Below are positions 39,781 through 51,069 of a stretch of 64,000 nucleotides of DNA, in pieces. Position 1 is the first letter of the stretch. Each line of letters begins with the position of its first letter. The position numbers and the translations under genes were made by a program. This DNA is from an uncultured Chloroflexia bacterium (GTDB lineage: Bacteria > Chloroflexota > Limnocylindria > QHBO01), in assembly GCA_963814375.1 (NCBI GenBank), contig CAWFCQ010000004.1:1-64000 (forward strand), written 5' to 3'. The notes beneath the pieces are model-generated. The model did no database searches. It saw nothing but the letters and a program-made list of their open reading frames with translations, and was not told the origin of the DNA.

Positions 39781-41124
39781 GCCGCCGCGATCACCTCGAG
39801 CGGGCCGAGCTGGGCGGACTCGAGCTCGGGGCCGATCTTTTCCGCGTCGCCGGTGAGCAGGATGAGCGCCTCGTCGGGTCGGACGAGCTCGCGGGCCGTT
39901 TCGAGCACGTCGGTGGCCGTGACCGCCTCGATTCGGGAGCGGTACGTGTGCCAGTAGTCCTCGGGCAGCCCGTACACCGCGAGCGGCTCGAGCGCCGCGG
40001 CGATGCCGGCGGTCGTCTCGAATCGGAGCGGGAAGACGCCCGACGAGGAAGTCGCGCACCTCGGCCAGCTCGGCGTCGGTGGGCGCCTCGACGCACATTC
40101 GCTCGAGCTGACCCAGCAGCTCCCGGATCGCGTCGACGGTGACCTCCGTCTGTACCGCGGCGGTCGCGGTGAAGGGGCCGACCGCGCGTCGCGGGTCGAA
40201 CGAGCAGCGCGCGCTGTAGGTGTACCCGAGCTCCTCGCGCAGCCGGCGGTTGAGCCGGCTCCCGAAGACCCCGCCCAGCAGCGCCGCCATGACGATTGCG
40301 CCGAAGTAGCGGGGGTGATCGCGATGGATGCCGAGATGCCCGACGCGGAGCTCGCTCTGGACCGATCCCGGCCGGTCGACGAGAACGACGCGTCGCCCGG
40401 CCCGCTGGGTCGGCGTAAAGGTTCGATGACCGCTGCCGGTGCCGCTCCAGTCGCCGAGGTGCCGCGTGACGGCATCGACCGCGTCGGTGGCCGTCACCTG
40501 GCCGGCCACGATGATGTCGGCCACGCTGGGGGCGTAGCGCCCGGAGTGGAAGGCGCGCGCCGCATCGACGCTCAGCGGCTCGACGGTCTCGGGCGTTCCG
40601 GCCGAGAGGCGGCCGTAGGGCACCTCCGCCGCGTACATCTCGCGCAGGAAGCTCTCGTCGGCGAGCCGCCCCGGCTCGGCGCGGGCCTGGAGGATGTCGT
40701 TGAGGCGTTCGGCCTTGAGCCGATCGAACTCGCTATCGTCCAGTCGCGGCTCCCTGATCATCTCGCTCAGCAGCGCCAGCCCGTCGTCGAGCTTGCTGCC
40801 CAGCGCGGTGAACCCGGCGCGGGCGCTGTCCCACGAGCTCTCGCTCCCGACCTCGATCCCGAGACGTTCCGTCGTCTCGGCGAAGGCGGCGGCGTCGAGA
40901 CGGCGGGTGCCGGTCACGAGGAGCTGCGCCGTCAGCGCGGCGATGCCGGCCTGCGGCTCGTCCTCGGTCGCCGCGCCCGCGTCGGCCAGGAGGTGAACGC
41001 TGACGAGCTCGCGATCCGGCAGCGGAACGACCCAGACCCCGAGGCCGTTCGGCAGCTCCGAGCGGCTGAAGTCGGGGAAGCGGTACGGGCGCGGGGCGCC
41101 GGCCGGCGGTCGTGCCACCGTCAC
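39777..41124 (-). CDS. M16 family peptidase, non-catalytic subunit (frameshift at ~40040)
   Basis: LPNGL, GIAALTAQLL in place of HxxEH, VDRPGSVQS, SRLNRRLREELGYTY. Confidence 0.85.
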
Positions 41125-42398
41125 GCGGCGGCCTCGGCCGGCACGTAGGTCAGCGTGACGCGATTGTCGGCGTGCACCGCGGAGCCCAGGACATCGGAGA
41201 CGCGCGCCGCATCGACCGTGACGTAGCGCTCGACCTCGCTGTTGACACGCTCTGGCTCGTCGAAGAGGCAGGCGTACATGCTCAGCCGGTCGGCGCGTTC
41301 GCCGATGCGCTCCAACGCTCCGGCGGCATGCGCGGCGTGCAGGTTGCGGACCCGCTCGAGGTCGCCATCGGTCGGCCCGTCGGTGGCGAGGCGATCGATC
41401 TCCGCCAGCGTGGCAGCCTCGAGCGTCTCCGTCGCCACACCGGGACGGGCCGTGACCCAGAGAGTGAACATGCTCGCTCCGCCGACGATGGGAAACGCGA
41501 AGACGCTGACGTCCTGGGCGACGCGCTGCTCGCGCACCAGGCTGGCATAGAGACGCGACGCGCGCCCTGATCCGAGGACGTCGGCCGCCACCTCGAGCGC
41601 GTCGAAGGCATCGCTGCCGAAGGTCGGCGTGCGGTGGGCGAAGTAGATCCTCGGGAGCGGCACCTGGTCCGCCTTCGTCTCGCGCACCGCGCTGCCGATC
41701 AAGGCGTCAACCGACATGTCCGGTGGGGGAGGGAGAGTCGAGTTGGCGGGGATGGGACCGAAGTGGCGTTCGACCATGGCGAGGGCCGCATCGGCCTCGA
41801 AGTCGCCGGCGATGGTCAGGACCGCATTGTTCGGGGCGTAGAAGGTCGCGAAGAACTCCCGAACGTCGTCCAGCGACGCGGCCGACAGATCCTCCATCGA
41901 GCCTATGGTCGAGTGGTGGTACGGATGGCCCTCGGGGTAGACGAGCTGCTGGATCAGCTCGTCCCAGTCACCGTAGGGCTGGTTGTCGACGCTCCAGCGG
42001 CGCTCGTTCTTCACGACGTCGCGCTGGTTGTCGAGCTTCTCCTGTGTCATCGCCGGAAGCAGGCTCGCCATCCGATCGGCCTCGAGCCACAGGGCGAGCT
42101 CCAGCTCATGCCCGGGCAGGGTTTCGTAGTAATTGGTCCGATCCAGCCAGGTCGACGCGTTCAGCGTGCCGCCGGCCGCCTGCACCAGGCTGAAATGCTG
42201 CCCCTTCTCCACGTTCTCCGAGCCCTGGAACATCATGTGCTCGAAGAGATGCGCGAACCCGGTCTTGCCCGCCTTCTCGTGCTTGCTGCCGACGTCGTAC
42301 CAGAGGTTGACGGCGACCATTGGCGCGCGCGGATCGCGTGACAGGATGATGCGCAGGCCGTTGTCGAGGGCGTGGCGTTCGATCGGGACGTGGGGCAC
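41121..42398 (-). CDS. M16 family zinc peptidase, catalytic subunit
   Basis: LDNGL, WYDVGS, GFAHLFEHMMF (HxxEH), NASTWLDRTNYY, VVKNERR, YAPNNA. Confidence 0.92.
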   Translation of the reverse strand: MPHVPIERHALDNGLRIILSRDPRAPMVAVNLWYDVGSKHEKAGKTGFAHLFEHMMFQGSENVEKGQHFSLVQAAGGTLNASTWLDRTNYYETLPGHELELALWLEADRMASLLPAMTQEKLDNQRDVVKNERRWSVDNQPYGDWDELIQQLVYPEGHPYHHSTIGSMEDLSAASLDDVREFFATFYAPNNAVLTIAGDFEADAALAMVERHFGPIPANSTLPPPPDMSVDALIGSAVRETKADQVPLPRIYFAHRTPTFGSDAFDALEVAADVLGSGRASRLYASLVREQRVAQDVSVFAFPIVGGASMFTLWVTARPGVATETLEAATLAEIDRLATDGPTDGDLERVRNLHAAHAAGALERIGERADRLSMYACLFDEPERVNSEVERYVTVDAARVSDVLGSAVHADNRVTLTYVPAEAAA

Positions 42399-42505
42399 TC
42401 GGTTGCCTCGTGGTGGACCGTTGAGGCGGCCGGACGAACGTTCGCGTGTCGCGGGGGGTCGCCCGGCCGAGCGCCGATTCTAGCAGCGGATCGTTCGCGG
42501 AATGG

Positions 42506-42580
42506 TGGTGAGCGCCCGGGGATTCGAACCCCGAACCTAGTGATTAAGAGTCACTTGCTCTGCCGTTGAGCTAGGCGCCC
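42506..42580 (-). tRNA. tRNA-Lys (CTT)
   Basis: GGGCGCCTAGCTCAACGGCAGAGC AGTGA-CT-CTT-AA-TCACT anticodon arm, GGTTCGAATCC T-loop, encoded CCA. Confidence 0.96.
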
Positions 42581-42628
42581 ACCGATAGGATGCCGCAGGC
42601 GGCGAGGCGGGTCAATCGAGCCGGCAGC

Positions 42629-43318
42629 CTAGCCGGCGGGCGGCCCGGGCCCTCCGTTTGGCTCAGGCGAGCGGCCATAGTGAGCTCTGGCGAACTCGTC
42701 GATCGCATCGATGTCGGCCGTCTCGAGCTCGAGGAGCCAGCGCCAGGCCGTCACCACGACCGGCGCGGGCAGAGGGTCGGCGCCACCCCATGGGCTGAGG
42801 ATGAACTTGTAGCGACCGCTGATGCCGGAGGCCGTCTGGGTCTCGACGTACTGGGCCAGCGTCGCGACCTCATCGGCGCTGAGCGCGTCGGGGTCGTACC
42901 AGATGACGATCCCGCCATGCTCGAGATTGTGGATGAGCTGTGTCTCTTCCTGCGGCGTCGTGTAGACGCCCCAGTTGGCGACGCCGCTCGGGTCCCAGTG
43001 CGGACCGGATGTAGCGGGCAGCGAGGAGTACGGGTTGCCGTCGAGCCCGCAGCTCGGCGGATTGGATCGGCACGACGCGCCGACCTCGACGTGAGCGCTG
43101 CCGTCATCGGGCTGGAGGACGCCCTCGTTCGGGTTCGGCGACGACCCGAAGAGGAGCACGAGGGCGACGATGATCGCGCCCACCACGAGCAGCCCGCCGA
43201 TGGCCAGCAGCCGCCAATCGGGCAGCGACGATCCGCCGCCCGCGTCGAGAGGCCGGTTCATTGCCGCGGCGCTGGCGCGCTCGCGCCGCTGGATGCCCGA
43301 GGTCCGCTTCTTGGCCAT
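42629..43318 (-). CDS. DUF3105 domain membrane-anchored protein
   Basis: N-terminal TM; Y...PATSGPHW, IHNLEHGGIVIWY, VTAW, SPE. Confidence 0.85.
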   Translation of the reverse strand: MAKKRTSGIQRRERASAAAMNRPLDAGGGSSLPDWRLLAIGGLLVVGAIIVALVLLFGSSPNPNEGVLQPDDGSAHVEVGASCRSNPPSCGLDGNPYSSLPATSGPHWDPSGVANWGVYTTPQEETQLIHNLEHGGIVIWYDPDALSADEVATLAQYVETQTASGISGRYKFILSPWGGADPLPAPVVVTAWRWLLELETADIDAIDEFARAHYGRSPEPNGGPGPPAG

Positions 43319-43440
43319 TGGCGCGGAAGGATAGCCGAGGATTCCGATGTGCGCGGATGGCACCGTATGTGCTCGTTGGTAGAATCTCGATCCCAGTCGC
43401 GCCGCCGGTGCGCGCGCCACGTTGACGACCCGGAGGTGCC

Positions 43441-43854
43441 ATGACCACAGGCGACGCCCCCCGCCGCCGACAGAGTGCCTTCACGCTTGTGCGGCGGCTG
43501 GCATCCGGCACCGTGGAGCTCGGGAGGCTCGAGGCGCTACGCGGGCGCCAGGAAGTTACCGAGAACGTTGTCCAGTACCGGACCGGCGTGGTTCAGCTGG
43601 CGATCGCGTTCGGATTCGTCATCCTTGCCGTGATCGTCCTTCAGATCCTCCTGATCTTCATCATCGCCGAGCTCACCGGCATCCGCCCATGGGTGATCGC
43701 GCTGATCATCCTGGCGATCCACCTCTCGGTGGCCGCATTCGTCGGCTGGCGCGGGCTCAAGAAGATCCAGGAAGCGAAGTTCGTTCCCGAGGAGACCATC
43801 GAAGCCGTGAAGGAGGACGTCGAGTGGGCGAAACGCTTGCTGAGACGCGGGTAG
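43441..43854 (+). CDS. Holin-like (superfamily III, YqjE-like) membrane protein
   Basis: Two TM helices, C-terminal PEETIEAVKEDVEWAK; RBS GGAGG. Confidence 0.75.
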   Translation: MTTGDAPRRRQSAFTLVRRLASGTVELGRLEALRGRQEVTENVVQYRTGVVQLAIAFGFVILAVIVLQILLIFIIAELTGIRPWVIALIILAIHLSVAAFVGWRGLKKIQEAKFVPEETIEAVKEDVEWAKRLLRRG

Positions 43855-44501
43855 CCATCGAGGCCAAGCGGGCCGAGCTCGACCTGACGTCGGAGCAGCT
43901 CCGTGATGCGCTCGACGTGCGCAAGCGGTTCCGGGAGAACCCCGTCCCGTTCGTGCTGGCCGGCGCCGGTGTGGTCTTCATCGTGGTCGGCGGGCCGGGC
44001 CGTGTCGTCGGGCTCGTCCGACGTCGGTTCTTCCCAACGGATCCGGAGAAGGCATACGACTCGCTGCCGAAGCCGATGCAGACCTGGATCGACCACATGA
44101 CGGACAGGCTCGGGCCGCGAACGGGAGAGGCGCGTCACGTCCTTGCCGAGGAGCTCATGCGGTGGCGCAGCGACCCGCGCAAGCACGGCAAGATCAGCAA
44201 GAAGCTGGCGAAGCAGATCGCCGAGGGTCCGCCCGGCCCGAAGCGGGCCGTGTGGCAGGCGTTCGAGGCCGGCGCCGCGGTCATCACCGCCGCCCTGGCG
44301 CGTAAGGCCGTCGAGCGCTTCCTCTCGGGCGAGCCGCCGTCCGGCATCACCGCGCTCGATGCCGCCGGCACGGCGGGCGGCGCCGCGAAGCCGGATGAGC
44401 CGAAGTCCGGTGATCCGACAGTGCCGGTGCGGCGCCCGAGCACGCGCGTCCCGCGCCCGTCGAGCCCTCCGGACGTGACGACACCTGCGAACGTGCCCTG
44501 A
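43824..44501 (+). CDS. DUF3618-like protein
   Basis: GTG after AGGAGG; IEAKRAELDLT..L..LD followed by a TM segment; coupled to the holin-like gene. Confidence 0.6.
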   Translation: MGETLAETRVAIEAKRAELDLTSEQLRDALDVRKRFRENPVPFVLAGAGVVFIVVGGPGRVVGLVRRRFFPTDPEKAYDSLPKPMQTWIDHMTDRLGPRTGEARHVLAEELMRWRSDPRKHGKISKKLAKQIAEGPPGPKRAVWQAFEAGAAVITAALARKAVERFLSGEPPSGITALDAAGTAGGAAKPDEPKSGDPTVPVRRPSTRVPRPSSPPDVTTPANVP

Positions 44502-44568
44502 CGCGCGCGGCGGCCATGCCGGCCGGCGGTTGGTAGACTCAGCGCCGGCCCGCCGCGCAGACCGACTC

Positions 44569-44652
44569 GGGCGAGTGGCGGAACGGCAGACGCGCCGGCT
44601 TTAGGAGCCGGTGTCGCAAGACGTGCGAGTTCGAATCTCGCCTCGCCCACCA
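44569..44652 (+). tRNA. tRNA-Leu (TAG)
   Basis: GGGCGAGTGGCGGAACGGCAGACGCG CCGGC-TT-TAG-GA-GCCGG, long variable arm, GTTCGAATC, CTCGCCC-A-CCA. Confidence 0.96.
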
Positions 44653-44671
44653 TCACGAACCAGGAGCTGAC

Positions 44672-46042
44672 TTGGTCACCGTATCCACGCGACCCGAGCC
44701 GGGCTCGAAGATGGTCCTCGAGATCGAGGTGCCGTCGGACGAGGTCGACCGCCACTTCGCGACCGCCTATCGCCATGTCTCCGAGCGCACTCGCGTGCCC
44801 GGCTTCCGGCCCGGGAAGGCGCCGCGCCAGGTCATCGATCGGTTCGTGGGACGCGGGAGCGTGTTGGCGGAGGCGATCGAGCACCTCGTCAGCGACTCGT
44901 ACGACAAGGCGCTCGACCAGACCGACCTGATCCCGATCGACCAGCCCGATGTCGACATCGACCCCGCCTCCCTGGCCGAGGGCCAGGCAATCACATTCAC
45001 GGCGACCGTCCCGGTCCGTCCCGAGGTCGAGCTCGGCTCCTACGCCGACTTCCCGTTCAGCCTCGAGACGCCCGAGGTCACCGACGAGCAGGTGAGCCAG
45101 GTGATCGAGGAGCTGCGTGAGCAGCAGGCGACGCTGCGACCGATCGACGGACGCGCCGCCCAGGCCGGCGACATCGCCAGCGTGAAGTTCGTGGGCACCA
45201 TCGATGGTGAGCCGTTCGAGGGAGGCAGCGCCGACCGCATGCCGCTCGTCATCGGCGAGAACCGCATGATCGCCGGCTGGGAAGAACACCTCGTCGGGCT
45301 CGAGATCGGCGGCACGACCGGCTTCGACATCACCTTCCCCGACGACTACCGCGTCGAGGAGCTGCGCGCCAAGCCCGCCCACTTCGAGGTCGAGCTGCTC
45401 GACCTGCGCGAGAAGCTGCTGCCGGAGGTGAACGACGAGTTCGCCGCATCGGTCAGCGAGGTCGGGACCATGGATGAGCTGCGGACCGAGATCCGCGACG
45501 CGATGGAGCAGCGGGCCGCGGCTGAGGCACGCCACAGCTTCGGCGACCGGATCATCGACTTCGCCACGAGCAATGCCAACGTCGAGCTTCCGGAGGTGAT
45601 GGTCGCCAACGAGGTCGAGATCATGCGCGACGAGCTGAGCACGCGGCTGGCGCAGCAGCGCATCGGTCTGGAGCAGTACCTCGCGATGGCGAAGCAGACG
45701 CCCGAGGAGCTTGCCACCGAGCTACGCGAGCCGGCGACCCGGCGGGTGAAGACCCTCCTGGTCCTCTCGGCCATCGCCGAGAAGGAAGGGATCGACGCCA
45801 GCGACGCGCAGATCGAGGCCGAGATCGCCGACCAGCTGGCCCGCTACGAGGACGATGCCCGCCTGCGCGAGTACCTCACCTCCCGTCGCGGCCGGGCCTA
45901 CCTGCGCATGACGATCCGCAACCGTACACTGGTCGAAACGCTCATCGAACGAGCCCTCGGGACCGATGTGCCACGCGCCGCGGACCCCGAACCCGAACCC
46001 GTGACCGCAGAATCCACCGAGCAGCCCAAGGAGCCCGAATAA
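44672..46042 (+). CDS. tig: Trigger factor
   Basis: VPGFRPGKAP ribosome-binding motif, FKBP domain (GEPFEGG, ITFPDDY). Confidence 0.95.
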   Translation: MVTVSTRPEPGSKMVLEIEVPSDEVDRHFATAYRHVSERTRVPGFRPGKAPRQVIDRFVGRGSVLAEAIEHLVSDSYDKALDQTDLIPIDQPDVDIDPASLAEGQAITFTATVPVRPEVELGSYADFPFSLETPEVTDEQVSQVIEELREQQATLRPIDGRAAQAGDIASVKFVGTIDGEPFEGGSADRMPLVIGENRMIAGWEEHLVGLEIGGTTGFDITFPDDYRVEELRAKPAHFEVELLDLREKLLPEVNDEFAASVSEVGTMDELRTEIRDAMEQRAAAEARHSFGDRIIDFATSNANVELPEVMVANEVEIMRDELSTRLAQQRIGLEQYLAMAKQTPEELATELREPATRRVKTLLVLSAIAEKEGIDASDAQIEAEIADQLARYEDDARLREYLTSRRGRAYLRMTIRNRTLVETLIERALGTDVPRAADPEPEPVTAESTEQPKEPE

Positions 46043-46045
46043 CCG

Positions 46046-46711
46046 ATGCTCGTGCCGATGGTGATCGAGTCGAGCGCCCGTGGCGAGCGCGCGTTCGACA
46101 TCTACTCGCGGCTCCTCAAGGACCGCATCATCTTCCTGGGTGATGCCGTCGAGGACAACGTCGCCAACCTGATCATCGCCCAGCTGCTCTTCCTCGAGTC
46201 GGAGGACCCGGAGAAGGACATCCAGCTCTACATCAACTCGCCGGGCGGAGTGGTCACCTCGGGGCTCGCGATCTACGACACCATGCAGTACCTGCGTGCC
46301 CCCGTCAGCACGATCTGCATCGGCCAGGCAGCCTCGATGGGCGCGGTGCTGCTGGCGGCCGGCGCAACCGGCAAGCGCTACGCGCTGCCGAACAGCCGGA
46401 TCATGATCCACCAAGGCTCATCGGGCTTCCGGGGCAACACCCCGGACGTCGAGATCCAGATGCGCGAGAACCTGCATCTCGTGAATCGGCTGCTCGAGAT
46501 CCTGGCCGAGCACACCGGTCAGTCGACCGAGAAGGTCAAGGCCGATTCGGACCGCGACTACTTCATGAGCCCGGACGAGGCCAAGGCATACGGCCTCATC
46601 GACGAGGTCTTCGCCGGCAACAACGAGTCGCTCATCAGCCTCGCGCAGGCCAAGGGCGGGGAGATGCCGACGGCCGAGGAAGCCGCCGAGGCCGACAAGG
46701 TCAAGAAGTAG
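46046..46711 (+). CDS. clpP: ATP-dependent Clp protease proteolytic subunit
   Basis: [38 protein letters not shown]. Confidence 0.97.
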   Translation: MLVPMVIESSARGERAFDIYSRLLKDRIIFLGDAVEDNVANLIIAQLLFLESEDPEKDIQLYINSPGGVVTSGLAIYDTMQYLRAPVSTICIGQAASMGAVLLAAGATGKRYALPNSRIMIHQGSSGFRGNTPDVEIQMRENLHLVNRLLEILAEHTGQSTEKVKADSDRDYFMSPDEAKAYGLIDEVFAGNNESLISLAQAKGGEMPTAEEAAEADKVKK

Positions 46712-46713
46712 CC

Positions 46714-46737
46714 GGCCGAGCCTCTCGCGGTTCGGCC
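46714..46737 (+). terminator. GC-rich hairpin after clpP (possible terminator)
   Basis: GGCCGAGCC-N6-GGTTCGGCC; lacks a U-tract. Confidence 0.35.
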
Positions 46738-46741
46738 AGGC

Positions 46742-46883
46742 GTCCGGATTCACACCCGGCGGGCGTTATGCCGTTGCCGAGCTCCTGAAGGGTCCGCATT
46801 CACACCCAGTGGGCGCCGGGCGGCTCACCCGACGGTTCGGAACCCGCAACGCGGCCTTACGCCCATCCCACGTGAATCCGGAC
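46742..46883. repeat. 142-bp MITE/REP-like element with 12-bp perfect terminal inverted repeats
   Basis: GTCCGGATTCAC 46742-46753 and GTGAATCCGGAC 46872-46883; inner imperfect pairing GGGCGT..GTTGC with GCAAC..ACGCCC; internal near-copy GTCCGCATTCACACCC at 46792. Confidence 0.55.
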
Positions 46884-46897
46884 CGAGCCATCCGCCT

Positions 46898-47386
46898 TCA
46901 CGGCACGTGGTGGCCCTCCGCCGCGAGCAGCCGCCGCTTGAGCCGATCGTCGCCGCCCCAGCCCGACCAGCCGTCGGCGGCCCGCACGACCCGGTGGCAG
47001 GGCACGGCCGGGAAGAGCGGACAGCGCGACATCGCGTTCCCGACGGCCCGCGCGGCGCCGGGTGAGCCGATGAGCATCGCCACCTCGCCGTACGTGACCG
47101 TCTCGCCGGCGGGCACCGACCGCACCGCCTCGTAGGCCCGCGCGTCGAACGGCGCGAGCCCGCCCAGGTCGACCGGGGGCAGCGGCCCGCCTGCGAGCAC
47201 CGAGTCGAGCCACTCCGTATCGAGGTCGGCCGGCTCGGGACGGGCGTCGGGGAAGCGTCGTCGCAGGTCGTCGAGGAAGGGCTCGAGGGCGTCGGCGCGG
47301 CTGATCGCGGCGATGCCACCATCGGTCTCCGCCACCCACATCGGCCCGATGGAGCTCTCGAGGCGAGCGAAGCGAAGCGACGGCAT
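46898..47386 (-). CDS. ogt: Methylated-DNA-protein-cysteine methyltransferase
   Basis: [21 protein letters not shown], active-site VPCHRVV. Confidence 0.9.
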   Translation of the reverse strand: MPSLRFARLESSIGPMWVAETDGGIAAISRADALEPFLDDLRRRFPDARPEPADLDTEWLDSVLAGGPLPPVDLGGLAPFDARAYEAVRSVPAGETVTYGEVAMLIGSPGAARAVGNAMSRCPLFPAVPCHRVVRAADGWSGWGGDDRLKRRLLAAEGHHVP

Positions 47387-47448
47387 CGGTCAATGCTAGG
47401 CGGCATGAGAGGGAGTGCTGGCAGGCCCGTGCTACCATCGGCCACCGA

Positions 47449-48755
<1,307 letters not shown>

Positions 48756-48759
<4 letters not shown>

Positions 48760-49340
48760 GACTCGTCCTCTGATTCGAGCGGCGGCAGGCCGCCGGCCCC
48801 GCGGCTGAGGTTGGTGGCGACGACGATCTGCCCGTTCGGTACGTTGTGGACGGTCCCGTCGGCACCGCGCAGCATCGTCCTTCGAAGGCTGAAGTCCTCG
48901 ACGATGCCCTCGACTCCCGCGATCCTGACCGCATCTCCCTGGCTGTACTGGTTCTCGAGCACCACGAAGATCCCCGCCAGCCAGTCCTTCACCAGTGTCT
49001 GCGCCCCGAGGCCGACCGCGATGCCCACGACTCCGAGCGTGGCCAGCGCCGGGCCGATGGCGATGCCGAACTGATCGAGCACCATCAGCACGGCGATCAC
49101 GATGATCACCCCCGCGCCGATCTGGATGAGCAGGCCGCCAACCGTGTTCACGCGGCGCTCCAGCTCGGCCTGCGGCAGGACCGTTTCCTCGGCCCGCGAT
49201 CGCCGATGCTCGACCAGGTGCCGCGTCCCGACGCCGATCACCGCGCGCAACACGAAGATGGCGACGATCGCGCTGACCGCGATGAGGCCGACGCGCAGAG
49301 CGAGATAGGCAGACGCTGGGGCCTCGGTCAGGTCGAACAT
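48756..49340 (-). CDS. Small-conductance mechanosensitive channel family protein (short)
   Basis: [29 protein letters not shown]...R.T.LR..DG.VH.VPNG. Confidence 0.85.
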
Positions 49341-49499
49341 GGAGGCGATGGTAGCAACCGAGCCGGGCAGTACCGGAGTCCTGCCGGTGCCCCGTACTTA
49401 GGGCGGCTGCAGATTTGGTATGGCCCGACGCTAGGATTGTGACCGGCCGCACCACCTGCGCGACGGTCGAACGGAACCACTCAGAGAGATCCGCGCATC

Positions 49500-50789
49500 A
49501 TGACCGCAAATCAGCGCCGACCGGGATTCCGTCTCCCGTGGTCTGCCGAGACCGGCGGGCCACCCGAGGAGAGCAAGACCGAGATGCCAGAGACCGCGAC
49601 CGACTCGACAGGGGCCGAGGCGCCCGAGGCGCCGGCCGCCGACGCCGCACCCGAGCCGCAGGCTGCCGCGGCATCCGAGGCCCATGACCCCGCCGCCTCG
49701 GCTGGGCAGGAGGCCGCCGTCGCGGATGCCGCAGACGCGGCCCCCGCCGAGGGTGGCGATGACTTCATGCGCGACCTCGTGGCCGCCATGCGCCGCGTCG
49801 CCGACGAGACGCGTGATACGGGGATCGCGGACCTGCACGCTCGAGCGGACGACCAGGTCCGCCAGCTGCACGAGGATGCCGAGCGCCGGCAGGCAGACCT
49901 GCGGACCGGCGCCGACACGGACGTCGCCGGCATCGGTGAGTGGGCGGCAACGGAAACCGAGCGCATCCGCCAGGAGGCGGAGCAGCGCGTCGTCGCTCGT
50001 CGATCGCAGCTCGAGGAGCAGCTCGCCGCCGACGCCAGCCATATCGAGAGCGAGGCGAAGGCGGTTCGCGATCGCGTCGCCGAGTACGAGCGACAGCTCG
50101 AGGCCTACCAGGCCCAGCTGAGTGAGATCAAGGACCCCGCTGAGTTCGCGGCGGCCGCGAAGCGGATGCCCAAGGCGCCCGCTTTGACCGATGCTTCCGC
50201 ATCAGCCACGGCTCCGGCGGCGCCCGCGCCAGCCGCAACGGCAGTAGCAGCCGCAGCCGAGCCGGTGGCCGCAGCCGATGTTTCGGCGCAGGTGCCGATG
50301 GAGGCAAGTGCGGTTTCGTCCAACGGAGTGGAGGCCCAGGCCGCCGAGGTGCATCCGGCCGAGGAAGAGGTCCTCGCGGCGCAGCCCGTCGAGCCCGATG
50401 CAGCGACGGCGAGCCAGGAAGCCGCTTCGCCCGATACGACTGCCGCCGAGCCGGTTGCCGCGGCCGAGCCGGCCGCCGTTGAGCCCGCGGAAGACACGGA
50501 GTCGGGGACGGCCCCGGCGGTCGCCGCGGAGCAGACCACCACCGAGGTCGTCGTCAAGGGCCTTGGCAGCTTTGGAGCGATCACCGGATTCCGCCAGGCG
50601 CTCTCGAGCGTCGAGGGCATCGACAGCGTCGCTCTCAGCCTGGGGCAGACCGGCGAGTTCGTCTTCCGCGCCACCCACGCGACCGGGTTCGACGTCCGCG
50701 GCGCGATCACGTCGCTCGAGGGCGACGGCGCAAACGTGGAGGATCGTCCGGAGGGCGGCCTGCGCGTGACGCTGGAGCGCGCCCGCTAG
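49500..50789 (+). CDS. Hypothetical coiled-coil protein with Ala/Glu/Pro low-complexity linkers
   Basis: Heptad-rich AE..R..AE segment; small C-terminal alpha/beta domain (VVVKGLGSFGAITGFRQALSSVEGI). Confidence 0.6.
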   Translation: MTANQRRPGFRLPWSAETGGPPEESKTEMPETATDSTGAEAPEAPAADAAPEPQAAAASEAHDPAASAGQEAAVADAADAAPAEGGDDFMRDLVAAMRRVADETRDTGIADLHARADDQVRQLHEDAERRQADLRTGADTDVAGIGEWAATETERIRQEAEQRVVARRSQLEEQLAADASHIESEAKAVRDRVAEYERQLEAYQAQLSEIKDPAEFAAAAKRMPKAPALTDASASATAPAAPAPAATAVAAAAEPVAAADVSAQVPMEASAVSSNGVEAQAAEVHPAEEEVLAAQPVEPDAATASQEAASPDTTAAEPVAAAEPAAVEPAEDTESGTAPAVAAEQTTTEVVVKGLGSFGAITGFRQALSSVEGIDSVALSLGQTGEFVFRATHATGFDVRGAITSLEGDGANVEDRPEGGLRVTLERAR

Positions 50790-50837
50790 GGACACGAGCG
50801 CCGCAGTGGCCTGGGCGCCGATGGTAGACTCGGCGCT

Positions 50838-51048
50838 CGGCATTGACCGTGAGGAGTACCCCTCCGCCCGGCCGCAGCAGAGAGGCGAGTCACTGGCTGA
50901 GAGCTCGCCGCGGACAGCGAGGGAGAAGGTCGCACGCGAGCGCGACGGGTCCGCCCGATAACGCGGAGATGAGGCGGTCGCGGCAGGCGATCGTGAACGA
51001 AGGTGGTACCACGGCCCGTTCGTCCTTCGACGAGCGGGCTTTGTGTGT
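50838..51048 (+). promoter_or_regulatory. T-box riboswitch (valine) with intrinsic terminator
   Basis: -10 TAGACT 50825; GA motif, AGTA, AG-box CAGAGAG, GCTGAGA, specifier GTC (Val) 50929-50931, T-box AAGGTGGTACCACG ~51000-51013, terminator GCCCGTTCGTC..GACGAGCGGGC-TTT; lies upstream of valS. Confidence 0.9.
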
Positions 51049-51069
51049 GATCGAGCGAGGAGTCGACCC

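Noticed and set aside
42503-42508. Encoded CCACCA at the tRNA-Lys 3' end as a degradation tag
   Set aside because: CCACCA tagging is post-transcriptional; three extra matching bases can occur by chance and the acceptor stem looks normal
42506-44652. Possible prophage or island between two tRNAs containing a holin-like gene
   Set aside because: No integrase, att duplication or phage structural genes; holin-like plus DUF3618-like pairs are common chromosomal membrane genes
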